Assembly (NCBI GenBank): GCA_041694885.1
Contig: JBGFRX010000008.1
Coordinates: 1-61,191, forward strand
Origin: Candidatus Micrarchaeota archaeon
GTDB taxonomy: Archaea; Micrarchaeota; Micrarchaeia; Anstonellales; Bilamarchaeaceae
Direction: 5' to 3'
Length of the DNA stretch: 61,191 nucleotides
In this document: in pieces, positions 27,947 through 38,257 of the stretch
How the letters are laid out: each line of letters starts with the position of its first letter
Numbering within the stretch: the first letter of the stretch is position 1
The notes under the pieces: model-generated
Databases searched by the model: none
What the model saw: the letters and a program-made list of their open reading frames with translations, nothing else
What the model was told of the DNA's origin: nothing
Translations under genes and position numbers: made by a program

Positions 27947-28483
27947 ATGAAAATCTATACACATATGGGGGACAATGGAGAAACAACCGTAATAGGCGGA
28001 AAGCGGCTCGCAAAGGACGATGCAATGATAGAGGCGTGCGGCCAGATAGACGAGCTGAATTCGGTAATCGGGATCGTAATCGCATTTTCAGACGATGCCG
28101 AACTTAGGGAGATGCTTAGCGGGATACAGCGCACCCTTTTCGTGATTGGTGCAGATATAGCGACTCCCATGGGTGAGAAGATAGCGATTCCGCGGTTTTC
28201 GCCGAGCAAGGTCTCGGACATGGAAGCACTGATAGACAAGATGGAGCAGGACCTGCCAAAAATAGAGAGCTTCGTACTTCCCGGAGGAAGCAGGACCGCT
28301 TCGCTCATGCATCTTGCGCGCACCGTATGCAGGAAAGCAGAAAGAAGGATGGTTGCGCTGAACAGGCACGAAAAAGTGAACGAAGCCATTCTCAGTTATT
28401 TGAACCGTCTGGGCGACCTCCTTTTCGTGCTTGCGAGAACGATAAACTACAGGAAAAAAGTTCCTGAAACGCTTTGGAGATAG
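27947..28483 (+). CDS. Cob(I)alamin adenosyltransferase (PduO type)
   Basis: KIYT..GD.GET, K.D..IEA.G.IDELNS, FVLPGG, ARTVCRKAER, YLNRLGDLLF. Confidence 0.93.
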   Translation: MKIYTHMGDNGETTVIGGKRLAKDDAMIEACGQIDELNSVIGIVIAFSDDAELREMLSGIQRTLFVIGADIATPMGEKIAIPRFSPSKVSDMEALIDKMEQDLPKIESFVLPGGSRTASLMHLARTVCRKAERRMVALNRHEKVNEAILSYLNRLGDLLFVLARTINYRKKVPETLWR

Positions 28484-28497
28484 GGCGTGGGATTTGG

Positions 28498-29688
28498 ATG
28501 CAACTGTGGATGATAGAGTACCCCGTAGCGTTCATAGGCCTTTTCATGGCAGTGCTTGTCACGCTCATTTACCTGCGCAACTTAGGCGCAATCTCATTGC
28601 AGAAGAAGCGGAAATCCAGTTGGGAGCCGGAAGTTAGCGTGCTCATACCTGCGTTCAACGAATCAGAATACATCGCGAAATGCATCGAGTCGGCGCTCGC
28701 ACTTGATTACCCAAGGAAAAAACTGGAGATAATAGTGCTCGACGACGGTTCAACCGATAACACAGGAGAAATCGCGGAAAGATATGCGAAAGAAAACGTG
28801 AAGGTGATCAGGAAGAAGAACAGCGGAAAAGCCGACTCCCTCAACCAGGGCATAAGGATCGCGAAAGGCGAGCTCATTGCAACCCTTGACGCTGATTCCT
28901 ACGTGCAGCAGTACAGCTTGAGGAAGATGCTTGCGTATTTCGATTCGAAGCGTGTTGCAGCAGTTGCATCTGCGGTGAAAATAAGAGAGGCCAGGAACAT
29001 AATAGAGGAAGTGCAGCGTATAGAATACCTTTATGCACTCTTTTCAAGGAAAATAATCAATTTCATAAACTCAGTACAGGTCACTCCTGGTCCGTTCAGC
29101 ATCTTCAGGAAAGAAGCACTGGTCTTGGTGGGCGGCTTCGACACCAAGAGTTTGGTGGAGGACCAGGAGATAGCGCTCCGGCTGCAGAAAAGCGGATATG
29201 TAATAAACAGCTCCACGGATAGCGATGTTTACACGGAAATACCGCACAATTTTTTCGAACTCATGAAGCAGAGGACAAGATGGCAGCGCGGCGGGTTCTG
29301 GAATTCCGTGAAGTACTTGGACATGATAGGGCCGAAATACGGGGATCTGGGCATGGTGGTGCTTCCATTCAGCATTTTTGGGTACGTGATACTGGTCACA
29401 GGAGTGCTGCTCTTCACCTATTACCTTGTAAAGAGGTCTCCGTACGAGGAATTTTTAGGCGCCGAAACCCTGCTCCTCAATCTGGGGCCGCTCCATATCC
29501 TCGTGTTCGTATGGATCCTTATTGCGATGTTCTGGTTCTTTTTCGGTATCAGGAACATGTTCGAGCGCGAGAAGCTCGGTCCTGGTTCGGTAGTTATTTA
29601 TCTTTTGCTCTACCCAATACTAACAACGATATTCTGGTTCTCCGCTGCCTATGTTGAAATAAAGAACGGCGGACGATTTGACTGGTGA
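28498..29688 (+). CDS. Glycosyltransferase family 2, processive-type membrane enzyme
   Basis: VSVLIPAFNE, DDGSTD, GKA..LN, DAD, EDQE, QRTRW (QxxRW-like); flanking TMs. Confidence 0.92.
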   Translation: MQLWMIEYPVAFIGLFMAVLVTLIYLRNLGAISLQKKRKSSWEPEVSVLIPAFNESEYIAKCIESALALDYPRKKLEIIVLDDGSTDNTGEIAERYAKENVKVIRKKNSGKADSLNQGIRIAKGELIATLDADSYVQQYSLRKMLAYFDSKRVAAVASAVKIREARNIIEEVQRIEYLYALFSRKIINFINSVQVTPGPFSIFRKEALVLVGGFDTKSLVEDQEIALRLQKSGYVINSSTDSDVYTEIPHNFFELMKQRTRWQRGGFWNSVKYLDMIGPKYGDLGMVVLPFSIFGYVILVTGVLLFTYYLVKRSPYEEFLGAETLLLNLGPLHILVFVWILIAMFWFFFGIRNMFEREKLGPGSVVIYLLLYPILTTIFWFSAAYVEIKNGGRFDW

Positions 29689-29692
29689 CAGC

Positions 29693-30340
29693 ATGCCTGA
29701 TAATAGTCAGAGGAAAGTAAGCGTTTTGCTTTATCTCACAGCGCTCCTGATAAGTGCGATAATCTTCTCCGCAGGGATATTTCTCGGCAAGGTGCTCGAG
29801 CGCGGAAACCTCGACTCTCTTTCTTCTACTGCTGATTCGACAATACTGCAGACCAGTTCGCTCAAAGTGCTCTACCTTGTAGGAGATGCGGTGGAATTTT
29901 GCCCAGTTTTTTTGGACGAACTTTCAATAATAGACAAGGAGACGGAGGAGCTGGGCTACAAGCTCACCTATCTGGAGGAAACAAAAGGGATAACTGATCT
30001 CGAGCTGAAAAAGAAGTATTTCATGCTCGAGGCGAACGCATACCTTCTCTCGCAGAAGGTGATAGGAAAATGCGGGGCATCGTATTCTACAGTTCTCTTC
30101 ATGTATTCCAATTCGAACTGCACAGGATGCAAGGAGCAGGGGGCAGAGCTTCTTGCGGTGAAAAAGCAGCTCGGGGAAAAAGTGAGGATTTATTCGTTTG
30201 ACGGGGATATAGGAAGCCCCATCGCGGATGCGTTCAAGAAAAAATATGGAATTACAGTTTATCCTTCGATAGTAATAAACGGGAACAGCACTTTGTCCGG
30301 ATTCAGGAGCAAAGACGAAATACTCAACATCTTTGGCTAA
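29693..30340 (+). CDS. Membrane-anchored protein with thioredoxin-like C-terminus
   Basis: N-terminal TM; CTGC motif; YGITVYPSIVING. Confidence 0.7.
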   Translation: MPDNSQRKVSVLLYLTALLISAIIFSAGIFLGKVLERGNLDSLSSTADSTILQTSSLKVLYLVGDAVEFCPVFLDELSIIDKETEELGYKLTYLEETKGITDLELKKKYFMLEANAYLLSQKVIGKCGASYSTVLFMYSNSNCTGCKEQGAELLAVKKQLGEKVRIYSFDGDIGSPIADAFKKKYGITVYPSIVINGNSTLSGFRSKDEILNIFG

Positions 30341-30951
30341 TCCTTTTTCTTCTTTCTCTTCTCCCATTCCTCCCTTATTTTTCTTTTCAGAAACCGTAGA
30401 AAGCTGGTGAAAAAGCCCGGATTCTCCTTAATTCTGAACTTCATGTGCGGAGGCGGCTTTATTCCTTCATCGCTCCACTGCCTCCTCTCCTGCTGGAAGC
30501 ACAGTTCACAGAACTTATAGTCAGCAACGATATAGACAACATCGAGGTCTTCCCTGCACCTGTCACACGCATAATCATGATTTTTCTGCCCTACTCCTCC
30601 ACCTGCGCCACTATCCGGAGGGGTTCCGCCTTCCACATATGAGCTTCCCCTGCTTTCACCAGATCCTCCGCTCCCCTGTGAATCGTCCTCTTCTGCACCT
30701 GGTTGCCTCTTTTCCCCAGCAGCGCCTTTCTCCCGTTCGCGCTCTCCCATTTTTTCTTCCACATCTTTCTCCTCATCTCTCAGGTCCTGTATGCAGTATG
30801 GACAATAGGTCTGACCTCTCCACTGTTGGAGCTCGACTTTCGGGAGGTACATGCGGCAGCGCCAGCACTGCTCGTTGTAGATGTAGAAATGGCACGACTC
30901 ACAATACATTCCAGTGCTTATCTCTCTTCCGCAGCGCGAGCAGTTGGGCAT
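30337..30951 (-). CDS. Multi-CxxC zinc-binding hypothetical protein
   Basis: Six CxxC pairs in two clusters separated by a charged, Gly-rich linker. Confidence 0.7.
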   Translation of the reverse strand: MPNCSRCGREISTGMYCESCHFYIYNEQCWRCRMYLPKVELQQWRGQTYCPYCIQDLRDEEKDVEEKMGEREREKGAAGEKRQPGAEEDDSQGSGGSGESRGSSYVEGGTPPDSGAGGGVGQKNHDYACDRCREDLDVVYIVADYKFCELCFQQERRQWSDEGIKPPPHMKFRIKENPGFFTSFLRFLKRKIREEWEKRKKKKD

Positions 30952-31052
30952 GCATTAACTTATTCCAAAGTGGGTTTTAAACCTCGCTTTTTTATTTTTT
31001 CATGCACATGTTCGAGCACGAGAAGCAAGCCCCAAAACGCAAAAACGCCGGA

Positions 31053-34000
31053 TTACATAAAATCGGTTATTCCCATCTGCTTTATCTTATCGTCCTCGAA
31101 AATGTTCGCAATCTCCTTCTCAATCAGATCGAGACGCTGCTTGAGGTAGGGCGGAAGCTCGTACTCGATAGCCATTTTTCTCGAAATCTCCAGATATTTC
31201 TCTATTCCGCTCTTGTTTATGGTTAGCAAAAGGTTCCCTCCGCACTTGAGGCATTTGCCCACGAGCGGAGGTCTTCTATATATCTCATTACATCCGGTGC
31301 ACCTGAACGTCTGCTTCGAGAACGAGCGCAGATTTCCATAAAGATCAGGAATGAAATGGCTCAGTATGAGTCGTTCTGCACTATCCTTCACGTCCACTGC
31401 CGAAAGTCGTTTCTCCAAGTTGAACTGCAAGTTTACCTTTTCAGGGATGGATTTGAGCGACAGGTATGCAGTTCGCAGGGGTCCATCATCCACTCTCGCG
31501 GTATCGTGAGTAAGACCGAGCTGGTCGTACTGCTCCGGAGTTCCGAGCGTATCCTTCACTATCTTTATTTTCACATCACCTGCAGGAGCGAATTTTTCCG
31601 CTGCGTGATAGAGCTCGAGCGGATAGGAAAAGACCATCTCCACGTTGTGCGCCTCGTCATCTACTTCTTTCGGGTCTATAATGGTGGAAACGGTTATGGG
31701 CGCATCCATGGTCCCTCCACGCATCTCAGAAAGATAGTGCTTGGAGAAGTTGAGCAGCGCATCCAGCAGAAGCATTATCGCGTCTTCGTCGCCATCGCAG
31801 TTCCTTCGGCGCGCCGTATGCAGGTAGGGATGACCGAAACCCACATTTGCCTTCGTGAACCCTACAAGGCGTACGAGAACCCCGCTGCTCGTGTGCGGGG
31901 AAAGCCCTATGAAGAGCTGGCCAAGAAGATCCTCTTTCTTTTCGATTTTATAGAATGGGGGAAGGCCGTAGAGCCCCACGAGCATGTCGTCTATGAATTT
32001 CGTCGCGCGCATAAAATATTCTGCCCCATAATCAGAGATTATCAGATCCTGGGGCTTGAGCGGGACTATCTGCTTTTCGCTTTCGAGCAATCTGCCCAAA
32101 TAATCGTTTTTATATCCGAACTCCCGGAGCTTTTCCACGCTCACTTCTATTTCCTCCGGCTTGAAATGGCTGAGCGGCATGTTCGTTGCGTCGAACCTGC
32201 ACGTTCCGTCCCTAAACACATACACATTGTGCTTTGCGCGGAAGAGCCCCTTTTCGAGCCTCTCAGGGATTTTCCCAGCTCCTGCAAGCCCCTTAACCCC
32301 CTTTATGTCTTCAGGGAGGAAGCCGAACTGCTTCTTAAGCCCTTCCACCAAATTCACCAGGTTAATTGCGCGCTTGTCGTAGGGAAGCGCAGGCGCGCAG
32401 TGCTCTATCTGGCCCGGCGCAAGGAATTTTCCGCATTTTGGACACACGTTCTGCACAACTGTTTTTGCATTGCATATCTCGCATTTCCTGTACTGCGTGA
32501 TGTTGCGGCAGTTTGGGCACACCAACCGCGCAAGTTCCAAATACACCATCCTTTCCCCTTCCTTTCCACGCACTGTCCTGTAGAGTTTGAGGAGCGAGCG
32601 GTTCTTGGGCGAGCCGGTTGGAAAGAGCACATTCACGTTCCCCTCCATCGCCCTTTCCTTCGCCTTTTCCGGTCTTCCCATCCTTGCACCTATGTACGTG
32701 GGCGCCTTGGGTTTTATCTCCACTCCGGAAATTTCATTCACCAACTCGAGTGCCTTTTTCCCCTCTCCATAAACCGCTTCCAATTTTTGCGCTGAAATTC
32801 CCTTTTCGGAAATCTCGAGGCCGAGCGAGACAAAAAGCGAATAAGCATCATTTCCATTAAGGAATATTTTTCCATCAGCAGCAGTGTGTTCCACCCCCAA
32901 TTCCTCAAGAATTTCCTTTTCAGAAGAGGAAGGAAGGGCGAGCATGCGGATTTCCCCTCCGTCGAAGGAAGGCACGCCCTGCGCAAGCCATTGCGCAAGT
33001 GAACGCACCTGCTGCGCATTCACGTCGTGCCAGAAATAAACGTAATCCGGATGGAGCGGAATGGAACAATTCCTGGAAAAACTGAACGCATCCTTTGCAC
33101 CATCGAATTTCCTGGGCTGGACATTTTTCGCCTTGCATTCCTCCACCCACCATTCCTCGCACCATGCTGAAGGCACAAGGGGATGGCCAGATTTGAGGAA
33201 ATCCCCGTAGGTTACGAGCATGTCTCCGAGAAAAAGTATTTTTCCGACTTGAGACCGGAGTCCCTTTGCCTGCTCCGAGCTGCGCACCTTGATCACACTT
33301 CCGTTTTTAAGCCGAACGAGTGGCGGCTCCAGAGAGTCGCAACCGGAAAGCACAGCGCCTTTCCCAGGCCGCTCTATCTTCACGTGCGTCCCAACTGCAG
33401 TGAAATCGTCCAGAAGGATCATCGCTGCCGGATGGATGTTCTTAGCCATTATCCCATTTGTCCTGCTTTTCCCGTACCTCAACCGGAAGCCGCCTTTCAG
33501 CGAAGGATAAGCGAAAACAGGTCTGCCTGCAACAAGCCCCTCAAGGTAAGTAAAATCCGGCTTTATTTCAACAGTCGCCTCCTTCCTCTTTATTTTGATA
33601 AGTTTTTCGAGCCAGTCCCACCCGAGCCCGAATTTCCTGGAGATTTTGTACACCTTGGCCGCTTTCTGCGCTATGCCCTCGCACATCACCAATGGAATTC
33701 CTCCGCGCACGCGGTTGGTCTCCACTCTTGGCAAATCCCGGTATACAGATACCTCTGCATCTTCAGTAGGATCCCCATCTATGCACACCGGGCAGTTCTT
33801 TGCTATCCATTTCACGTCTTCGTCAGGCGGCTTGTACTGAAGATGGGAGGCGCGCGCCTCGTACACGTTCACTTCTTCCGCATATCGCTCTATTTCGCCG
33901 TCAGTAGCTCTGTAATCCCCTATTTTCGCGACCTTTCTCGCGTAATCCGCGAGCGCAACTGCAAGAGCTGCAACAGTACCTCCTGCGCTCCTTATCGGCC

Positions 34001-34433
34001 CTGTGAAATAGACCGCCACATAGTTTGTACTGTCAGGATTGATTCTTATTTTTATCCTGGAAATACCTTCTGTGGGAGCAACAAGCATCCCTTCCGTTAG
34101 TACGCCTACGCCTGTGCGCACCGCCTGTTCTATCTTCTTTTCAGTCGCACCAGCTATTATCCCGCCTCCTGCGATTTTCGCCGCAAGCTGGAAAGCAATT
34201 TCCTCGCGGGTAATTCCTTGCGCTTCCATTTCCCAGATTTTCTTCGCGATTCCGGGCGGACCTACGAGTGCCTCAACCCTCGATGCAACGTCCTTTGCAA
34301 TCTTTATTTCCACTTCGTCAGCAGGATCAAACCCCTGTTTCCTTGCTTCGCTCGCAAACGCAAACGCCCTCTCCAACCCTGACTTGAGGGAGTCGAGGTA
34401 TTGCTGGTATTCGTCGCTCGCCGCATTAGTCAT
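31053..34433 (-). CDS. polC: DNA polymerase D large subunit DP2
   Basis: GPIRSAGGT, GGFRLRYG, YIGARMGRPEKA, FRDGT.RFD, RRNCDGDED, C-terminal Zn ribbons; no intein. Confidence 0.98.
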   Translation of the reverse strand: MTNAASDEYQQYLDSLKSGLERAFAFASEARKQGFDPADEVEIKIAKDVASRVEALVGPPGIAKKIWEMEAQGITREEIAFQLAAKIAGGGIIAGATEKKIEQAVRTGVGVLTEGMLVAPTEGISRIKIRINPDSTNYVAVYFTGPIRSAGGTVAALAVALADYARKVAKIGDYRATDGEIERYAEEVNVYEARASHLQYKPPDEDVKWIAKNCPVCIDGDPTEDAEVSVYRDLPRVETNRVRGGIPLVMCEGIAQKAAKVYKISRKFGLGWDWLEKLIKIKRKEATVEIKPDFTYLEGLVAGRPVFAYPSLKGGFRLRYGKSRTNGIMAKNIHPAAMILLDDFTAVGTHVKIERPGKGAVLSGCDSLEPPLVRLKNGSVIKVRSSEQAKGLRSQVGKILFLGDMLVTYGDFLKSGHPLVPSAWCEEWWVEECKAKNVQPRKFDGAKDAFSFSRNCSIPLHPDYVYFWHDVNAQQVRSLAQWLAQGVPSFDGGEIRMLALPSSSEKEILEELGVEHTAADGKIFLNGNDAYSLFVSLGLEISEKGISAQKLEAVYGEGKKALELVNEISGVEIKPKAPTYIGARMGRPEKAKERAMEGNVNVLFPTGSPKNRSLLKLYRTVRGKEGERMVYLELARLVCPNCRNITQYRKCEICNAKTVVQNVCPKCGKFLAPGQIEHCAPALPYDKRAINLVNLVEGLKKQFGFLPEDIKGVKGLAGAGKIPERLEKGLFRAKHNVYVFRDGTCRFDATNMPLSHFKPEEIEVSVEKLREFGYKNDYLGRLLESEKQIVPLKPQDLIISDYGAEYFMRATKFIDDMLVGLYGLPPFYKIEKKEDLLGQLFIGLSPHTSSGVLVRLVGFTKANVGFGHPYLHTARRRNCDGDEDAIMLLLDALLNFSKHYLSEMRGGTMDAPITVSTIIDPKEVDDEAHNVEMVFSYPLELYHAAEKFAPAGDVKIKIVKDTLGTPEQYDQLGLTHDTARVDDGPLRTAYLSLKSIPEKVNLQFNLEKRLSAVDVKDSAERLILSHFIPDLYGNLRSFSKQTFRCTGCNEIYRRPPLVGKCLKCGGNLLLTINKSGIEKYLEISRKMAIEYELPPYLKQRLDLIEKEIANIFEDDKIKQMGITDFM

Positions 34434-34460
34434 GTTTTCACTTCATTTTCTCAATGGCTA

Positions 34461-35888
34461 TCAGCTGCCTTTGCTGAAATCCACAGTCCTGTACGTGCTC
34501 GTCTTCATTTCCAATATACCCACAATCCCAGGAGTTGGTACGTGACCCTGCTCTGCCTGATAGTCGGTCCTGTCCTGGAAGGTGCTGGAATTTATCAGAT
34601 GGGTTTTCCTGTATTCCATGTACCCGTGCTTGTGCACATGGCCCACGTGCAACACGTCCGGCTCCTCCTCTATAAGAAGGTAGTCCACACGTTCAGGGAC
34701 TATGAGGTTTCCACCATAAATCGGCGAGAGGTGCCTTCTTTTCAGGTATTCGCGCGAGACCTTCTCAGGAGTATTGTAGGAAAGCCCAGGAACTCCGGAA
34801 ATCATGGAATCCATCGAAGTGCCATGGTAAACTACGTGCCTTATTCCCTCTATGGCGAGCACAGAAGGGTTGCCCACCTTTATTACGTCGCTTTTTACCA
34901 GCGTATCGTCCAGTGCTGGCATTGGTTCTGCCCTTCTCACTGCGTCGTGGTTTCCGGGCGCGACTATAATTTCAATATAATCAGGAAGCATCTCCGCGAA
35001 ATTGTCGAAAATCTCGTACTGCTTGTATACATCCTTTATCATGAGGTCCTTTTCCTGGTTCGGGTAAATCCCTATGCCATCCACTATGTCGCCAGCGATG
35101 ATGACGTATTTCACCTTTCCCGCGAGCGCGTTTTCCCCTCCCTTCAGGTTGAGCCAGTCCACGAACCGCTCGAACTGTTTGTTGAGGAAATGCCGCGAAC
35201 CAAAATGCGTGTCTGAAATGTACGCGCATGCAATATCCTTTTCGCTCGTCTTCCTGTCGCGCGCAACAGCCATCTCAGGCCATTCCAGATCATCCACAAT
35301 TATGAATGGCTCGAGCACTTTGCCTGTGATGGAAATAATGTCATCCTTCATTATGTGCTTCGCTTTTTCGTACACCTTCTCGCTTTTCCGCGAGACCACT
35401 GCCTTGAACTGTCCTTCAAGGTCTTCGATTTCGAGAAGTATGCTTCCCGCCTTCGTGTCGCGTTTCCCAAACACCATCGCTATTACGCGCACATTCCTGT
35501 TCATCTCCCTCTTTATGTCCGAAAGCCGCGAAGTCGGGTATCTGGAAGGCGCTGAAAGGAGCCGGCTCATGCGCTGGAACCTGTTGCGGAAGAACGCGAT
35601 AAAATCATCCACGCTTCCGGTTGTGCGCGACTTTCCAGTAACGTCAAACTGGTGAATGAGCTTCACATCAGGGGCGTATTCTGCAGCAGGAGGCCTTTCT
35701 CTGCTTCGTATTACTTCGACTTTTTGCTCAGAAGAAATCCGTTTCACAGCATCCTCGACATCCCCCTTAGAGATGAAGGGCTTTTGGAGGGAGAGTAATT
35801 CGCAGATAAGTTCTTCGCCCGCGTTCTGAAGCAATGGCTCGGCTTCAAGTGCAATGCGCACTCCTTTTTCCCGGAATTTTTCGAGCAC
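34461..35888 (-). CDS. polB: DNA polymerase D small subunit DP1
   Basis: YISDTHFGS, AGDIVDGIGIYPNQ, PGNHD, HGTS, RRHLSP.YG, GHVH. Confidence 0.97.
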   Translation of the reverse strand: MLEKFREKGVRIALEAEPLLQNAGEELICELLSLQKPFISKGDVEDAVKRISSEQKVEVIRSRERPPAAEYAPDVKLIHQFDVTGKSRTTGSVDDFIAFFRNRFQRMSRLLSAPSRYPTSRLSDIKREMNRNVRVIAMVFGKRDTKAGSILLEIEDLEGQFKAVVSRKSEKVYEKAKHIMKDDIISITGKVLEPFIIVDDLEWPEMAVARDRKTSEKDIACAYISDTHFGSRHFLNKQFERFVDWLNLKGGENALAGKVKYVIIAGDIVDGIGIYPNQEKDLMIKDVYKQYEIFDNFAEMLPDYIEIIVAPGNHDAVRRAEPMPALDDTLVKSDVIKVGNPSVLAIEGIRHVVYHGTSMDSMISGVPGLSYNTPEKVSREYLKRRHLSPIYGGNLIVPERVDYLLIEEEPDVLHVGHVHKHGYMEYRKTHLINSSTFQDRTDYQAEQGHVPTPGIVGILEMKTSTYRTVDFSKGS

Positions 35889-35906
35889 ACGAACCCCACT
35901 CCAAAA

Positions 35907-36155
35907 TCAGTGCTTTACTGCCTCAAGCGCGCTTATTATGGCCCATATCTGGGTTCTCGCGTGCGCGGGCATGTTAACGTCTTCGCTCACCGGCTCTATT
36001 AGGTAAATCGCAGCTCCGACCCTCACTATCACGTCCTCATTTCCGCGCAGCCGCATCTTCGCGTCAGCCAACGCTTTCCTTATGTTTTTCGGAACCGAGC
36101 TGTCCTCAAGAACCGCGTCAATCATTTCAATTACTGGCTGGATTTTGCTTTCCAC
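35907..36155 (-). CDS. UPF0147 family protein
   Basis: D.SVPKNIR...A, D.NMP.HART.IW. Confidence 0.9.
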   Translation of the reverse strand: MESKIQPVIEMIDAVLEDSSVPKNIRKALADAKMRLRGNEDVIVRVGAAIYLIEPVSEDVNMPAHARTQIWAIISALEAVKH

Positions 36156-36367
36156 CGCACCACCTTTGCAAGAATTTGAATCGTGCTGAAGATATTTTGC
36201 AGGGAAAGTATATAAAAAGGTCGCATCTAAAATGTTGTATTATCCCGAAATAAGGGTTTTTTTGAACGCGCGGACTTCCCGAAGGCAGATACGGGCGTGC
36301 AGCAAAACTTTCCGCGCACCTCGTAATGTTTTAAAACCGCGCCTGCTTAATCAATTCGGTGATGTTT

Positions 36368-36778
36368 ATGGCTCCGAAGAAAAAGGCGAAAAAGGAAACG
36401 CCAGCAGCTGCGAAAAAGGCAGCTTTGGCTTCACTCCCTTCGTCTGCGAAAGCGATAGAGAGCGACAGCAACCTCATGGCAGCTGTTGCAGAGTTCTTTT
36501 CACTCACAGTAGTTGTGCCCATTCTTCTTTACCTGATAAAGAAAGAGGATAAGCACGTGAAGTTCCACTCGCTCCAATCCACGATTCTGGGCGTCGCGTG
36601 CCACATAATCGCTACGCCGTTCTGGTTATTTGGGTTCGTAATCTGGTTCCCGATACTGTGCGTGCTCTTCATCTACTTGCTGTTTGCAGTTATTGCGCTC
36701 TACACGGCCTACAAGGCGTATCAGGGAAAGACGTACGAACTGCCATTCATCGGGGGCTTTGCAATGAAGTACATATAG
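36368..36778 (+). CDS. DUF4870-family membrane protein
   Basis: SNLMAAVA, VKFHSLQS, AYKAYQGK.YELPFIG. Confidence 0.85.
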   Translation: MAPKKKAKKETPAAAKKAALASLPSSAKAIESDSNLMAAVAEFFSLTVVVPILLYLIKKEDKHVKFHSLQSTILGVACHIIATPFWLFGFVIWFPILCVLFIYLLFAVIALYTAYKAYQGKTYELPFIGGFAMKYI

Positions 36779-36853
36779 GTTTTCCCTTCTTTTCAATTTT
36801 TCCTTTTTCGATTTCATTTTATTCCTTTTCCTTCTTACCCATATCTGATACAA

Positions 36854-38257
36854 ATGCAGTTTTACAATTCGCTCAGCAGGAAAGTTGAGAAGTTCGAGCC
36901 ACTGGAGCAGGGAAAAGTAAAGATGTACGTGTGCGGCCTCACGCCCTACGATCACACACACCTCGGTCATGCGCGCACCTATGTTGCGTTCGATATGATA
37001 AAGAGATTCCTCCTCCTGAATAATTACGAAATTTTCCATATCCAGAACATAACCGACGTGGACGACAAGATAATAAGGAAGGCTAAAGAAAGCAATACAA
37101 ATCCCCGCGAACTCGCTGAAAAATTCCATTCCGAGGCAATGGAATTGTTCAGGAAACTGCACATTCTCAACGCGGACGTTTACCCCAAAGTGACTGAGCA
37201 CATACCGGACATAGTCGCGTTGATAAAAAAGATAATGGAAAACGAATGCGCTTACGAAACGGAAACAGGCGTATATTTCGAAGTGAAAAAATTCAACAAC
37301 TACGGATTCCTCTCAGGCCAGAAATTGGATGAGATAATAGCCGGTTCGAGGAAGGAAGTGGACGAGACCAAGAAGAGTCCTGAGGACTTCGCGCTCTGGA
37401 AGAAGACGAAAGGGGAGATAATGGAATTCGGGAGCCCCTGGGGAACCGGAAGGCCTGGCTGGCACATAGAATGCTCGGCAATGGCAGGAAAATATGCAAA
37501 AACAATAGACATCCACGGCGGGGCAAGGGACCTGATTTTTCCCCACCATGAAAACGAGATTGCGCAGAGCGAGGCAGCGAGCCGCATGCCTTTCGTGAAG
37601 TGCTGGCTGCACACCGGCTTCCTCACAGTGAAAGGGGAAAAGATGAGCAAGTCACTGGGCAACTTTGTGACTTTGGGTGACGTCCTTGCTGAACACAGCC
37701 CCAATGCCGTGCGCATGTTCTTCGCGATGGCGCACTACCGCTCCCCCATTGACTACAATCCGGAGCAGATAAGGCAGGCGGAATCCATCGTGGAGCGTAT
37801 ATTCAACTTCATGGGCAACTTGGACGAATCGCTAATGAAAAAAGGGAAGAAAGAAGCAAAAGACGAATCGCTGTCCAATGAAATGAAGAACAAGTTCCGC
37901 AATTTCCACACATTCCTCGCAAACGACTTCAACATACCAGACGCTATCACCTACGTCTTTTCAGTGATGAAGTCAGTGAACGCCCATCTTGAAGGGGGCG
38001 GGTGCGATTACGACGCGCTCGAACTGGTGAAGAAGGAGATGGAAAAGGCCCTTTACATATTAGGGCTTGAGCGCGAAACGAAAGAATTGGACGAAAAAAC
38101 AAAGGAGGAAGTGGAGCGCCTTGTTGCTCTCAGGGACGAAGCAAGAAAAAAGAAGGATTTCGCGACCTCCGATGCGATAAGGGAGCAGCTCAGGCAGCTC
38201 GGCGTGCTCCTTGAGGACGACGAGAAGACGAAGAAAACCAAGTGGAAAATCCGGTAA
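36854..38257 (+). CDS. cysS: Cysteinyl-tRNA synthetase
   Basis: YVCGLTPYD.THLGHAR, NITDVDDKII, DFALWK, GRPGWHIECS, HGGARDLIFPHHENE, KMSKSLGN. Confidence 0.98.
   Translation: MQFYNSLSRKVEKFEPLEQGKVKMYVCGLTPYDHTHLGHARTYVAFDMIKRFLLLNNYEIFHIQNITDVDDKIIRKAKESNTNPRELAEKFHSEAMELFRKLHILNADVYPKVTEHIPDIVALIKKIMENECAYETETGVYFEVKKFNNYGFLSGQKLDEIIAGSRKEVDETKKSPEDFALWKKTKGEIMEFGSPWGTGRPGWHIECSAMAGKYAKTIDIHGGARDLIFPHHENEIAQSEAASRMPFVKCWLHTGFLTVKGEKMSKSLGNFVTLGDVLAEHSPNAVRMFFAMAHYRSPIDYNPEQIRQAESIVERIFNFMGNLDESLMKKGKKEAKDESLSNEMKNKFRNFHTFLANDFNIPDAITYVFSVMKSVNAHLEGGGCDYDALELVKKEMEKALYILGLERETKELDEKTKEEVERLVALRDEARKKKDFATSDAIREQLRQLGVLLEDDEKTKKTKWKIR

Noticed and set aside
31356-34100. Long plus-strand ORFs opposite polC (479 aa, 305 aa)
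   Set aside because: Antisense to DP2 with no recognisable motifs.
14146-34433. Possible inteins in RFC-S and DP2
   Set aside because: The usual insertion sites (GVGK|TT and RRN|CDGDED) are uninterrupted.
36780-36853. Leader peptides upstream of cysS or ileS analogous to the thrS uORF
   Set aside because: The cysS upstream region is only pyrimidine-rich with no Cys-rich uORF, and ileS is internal to an operon.
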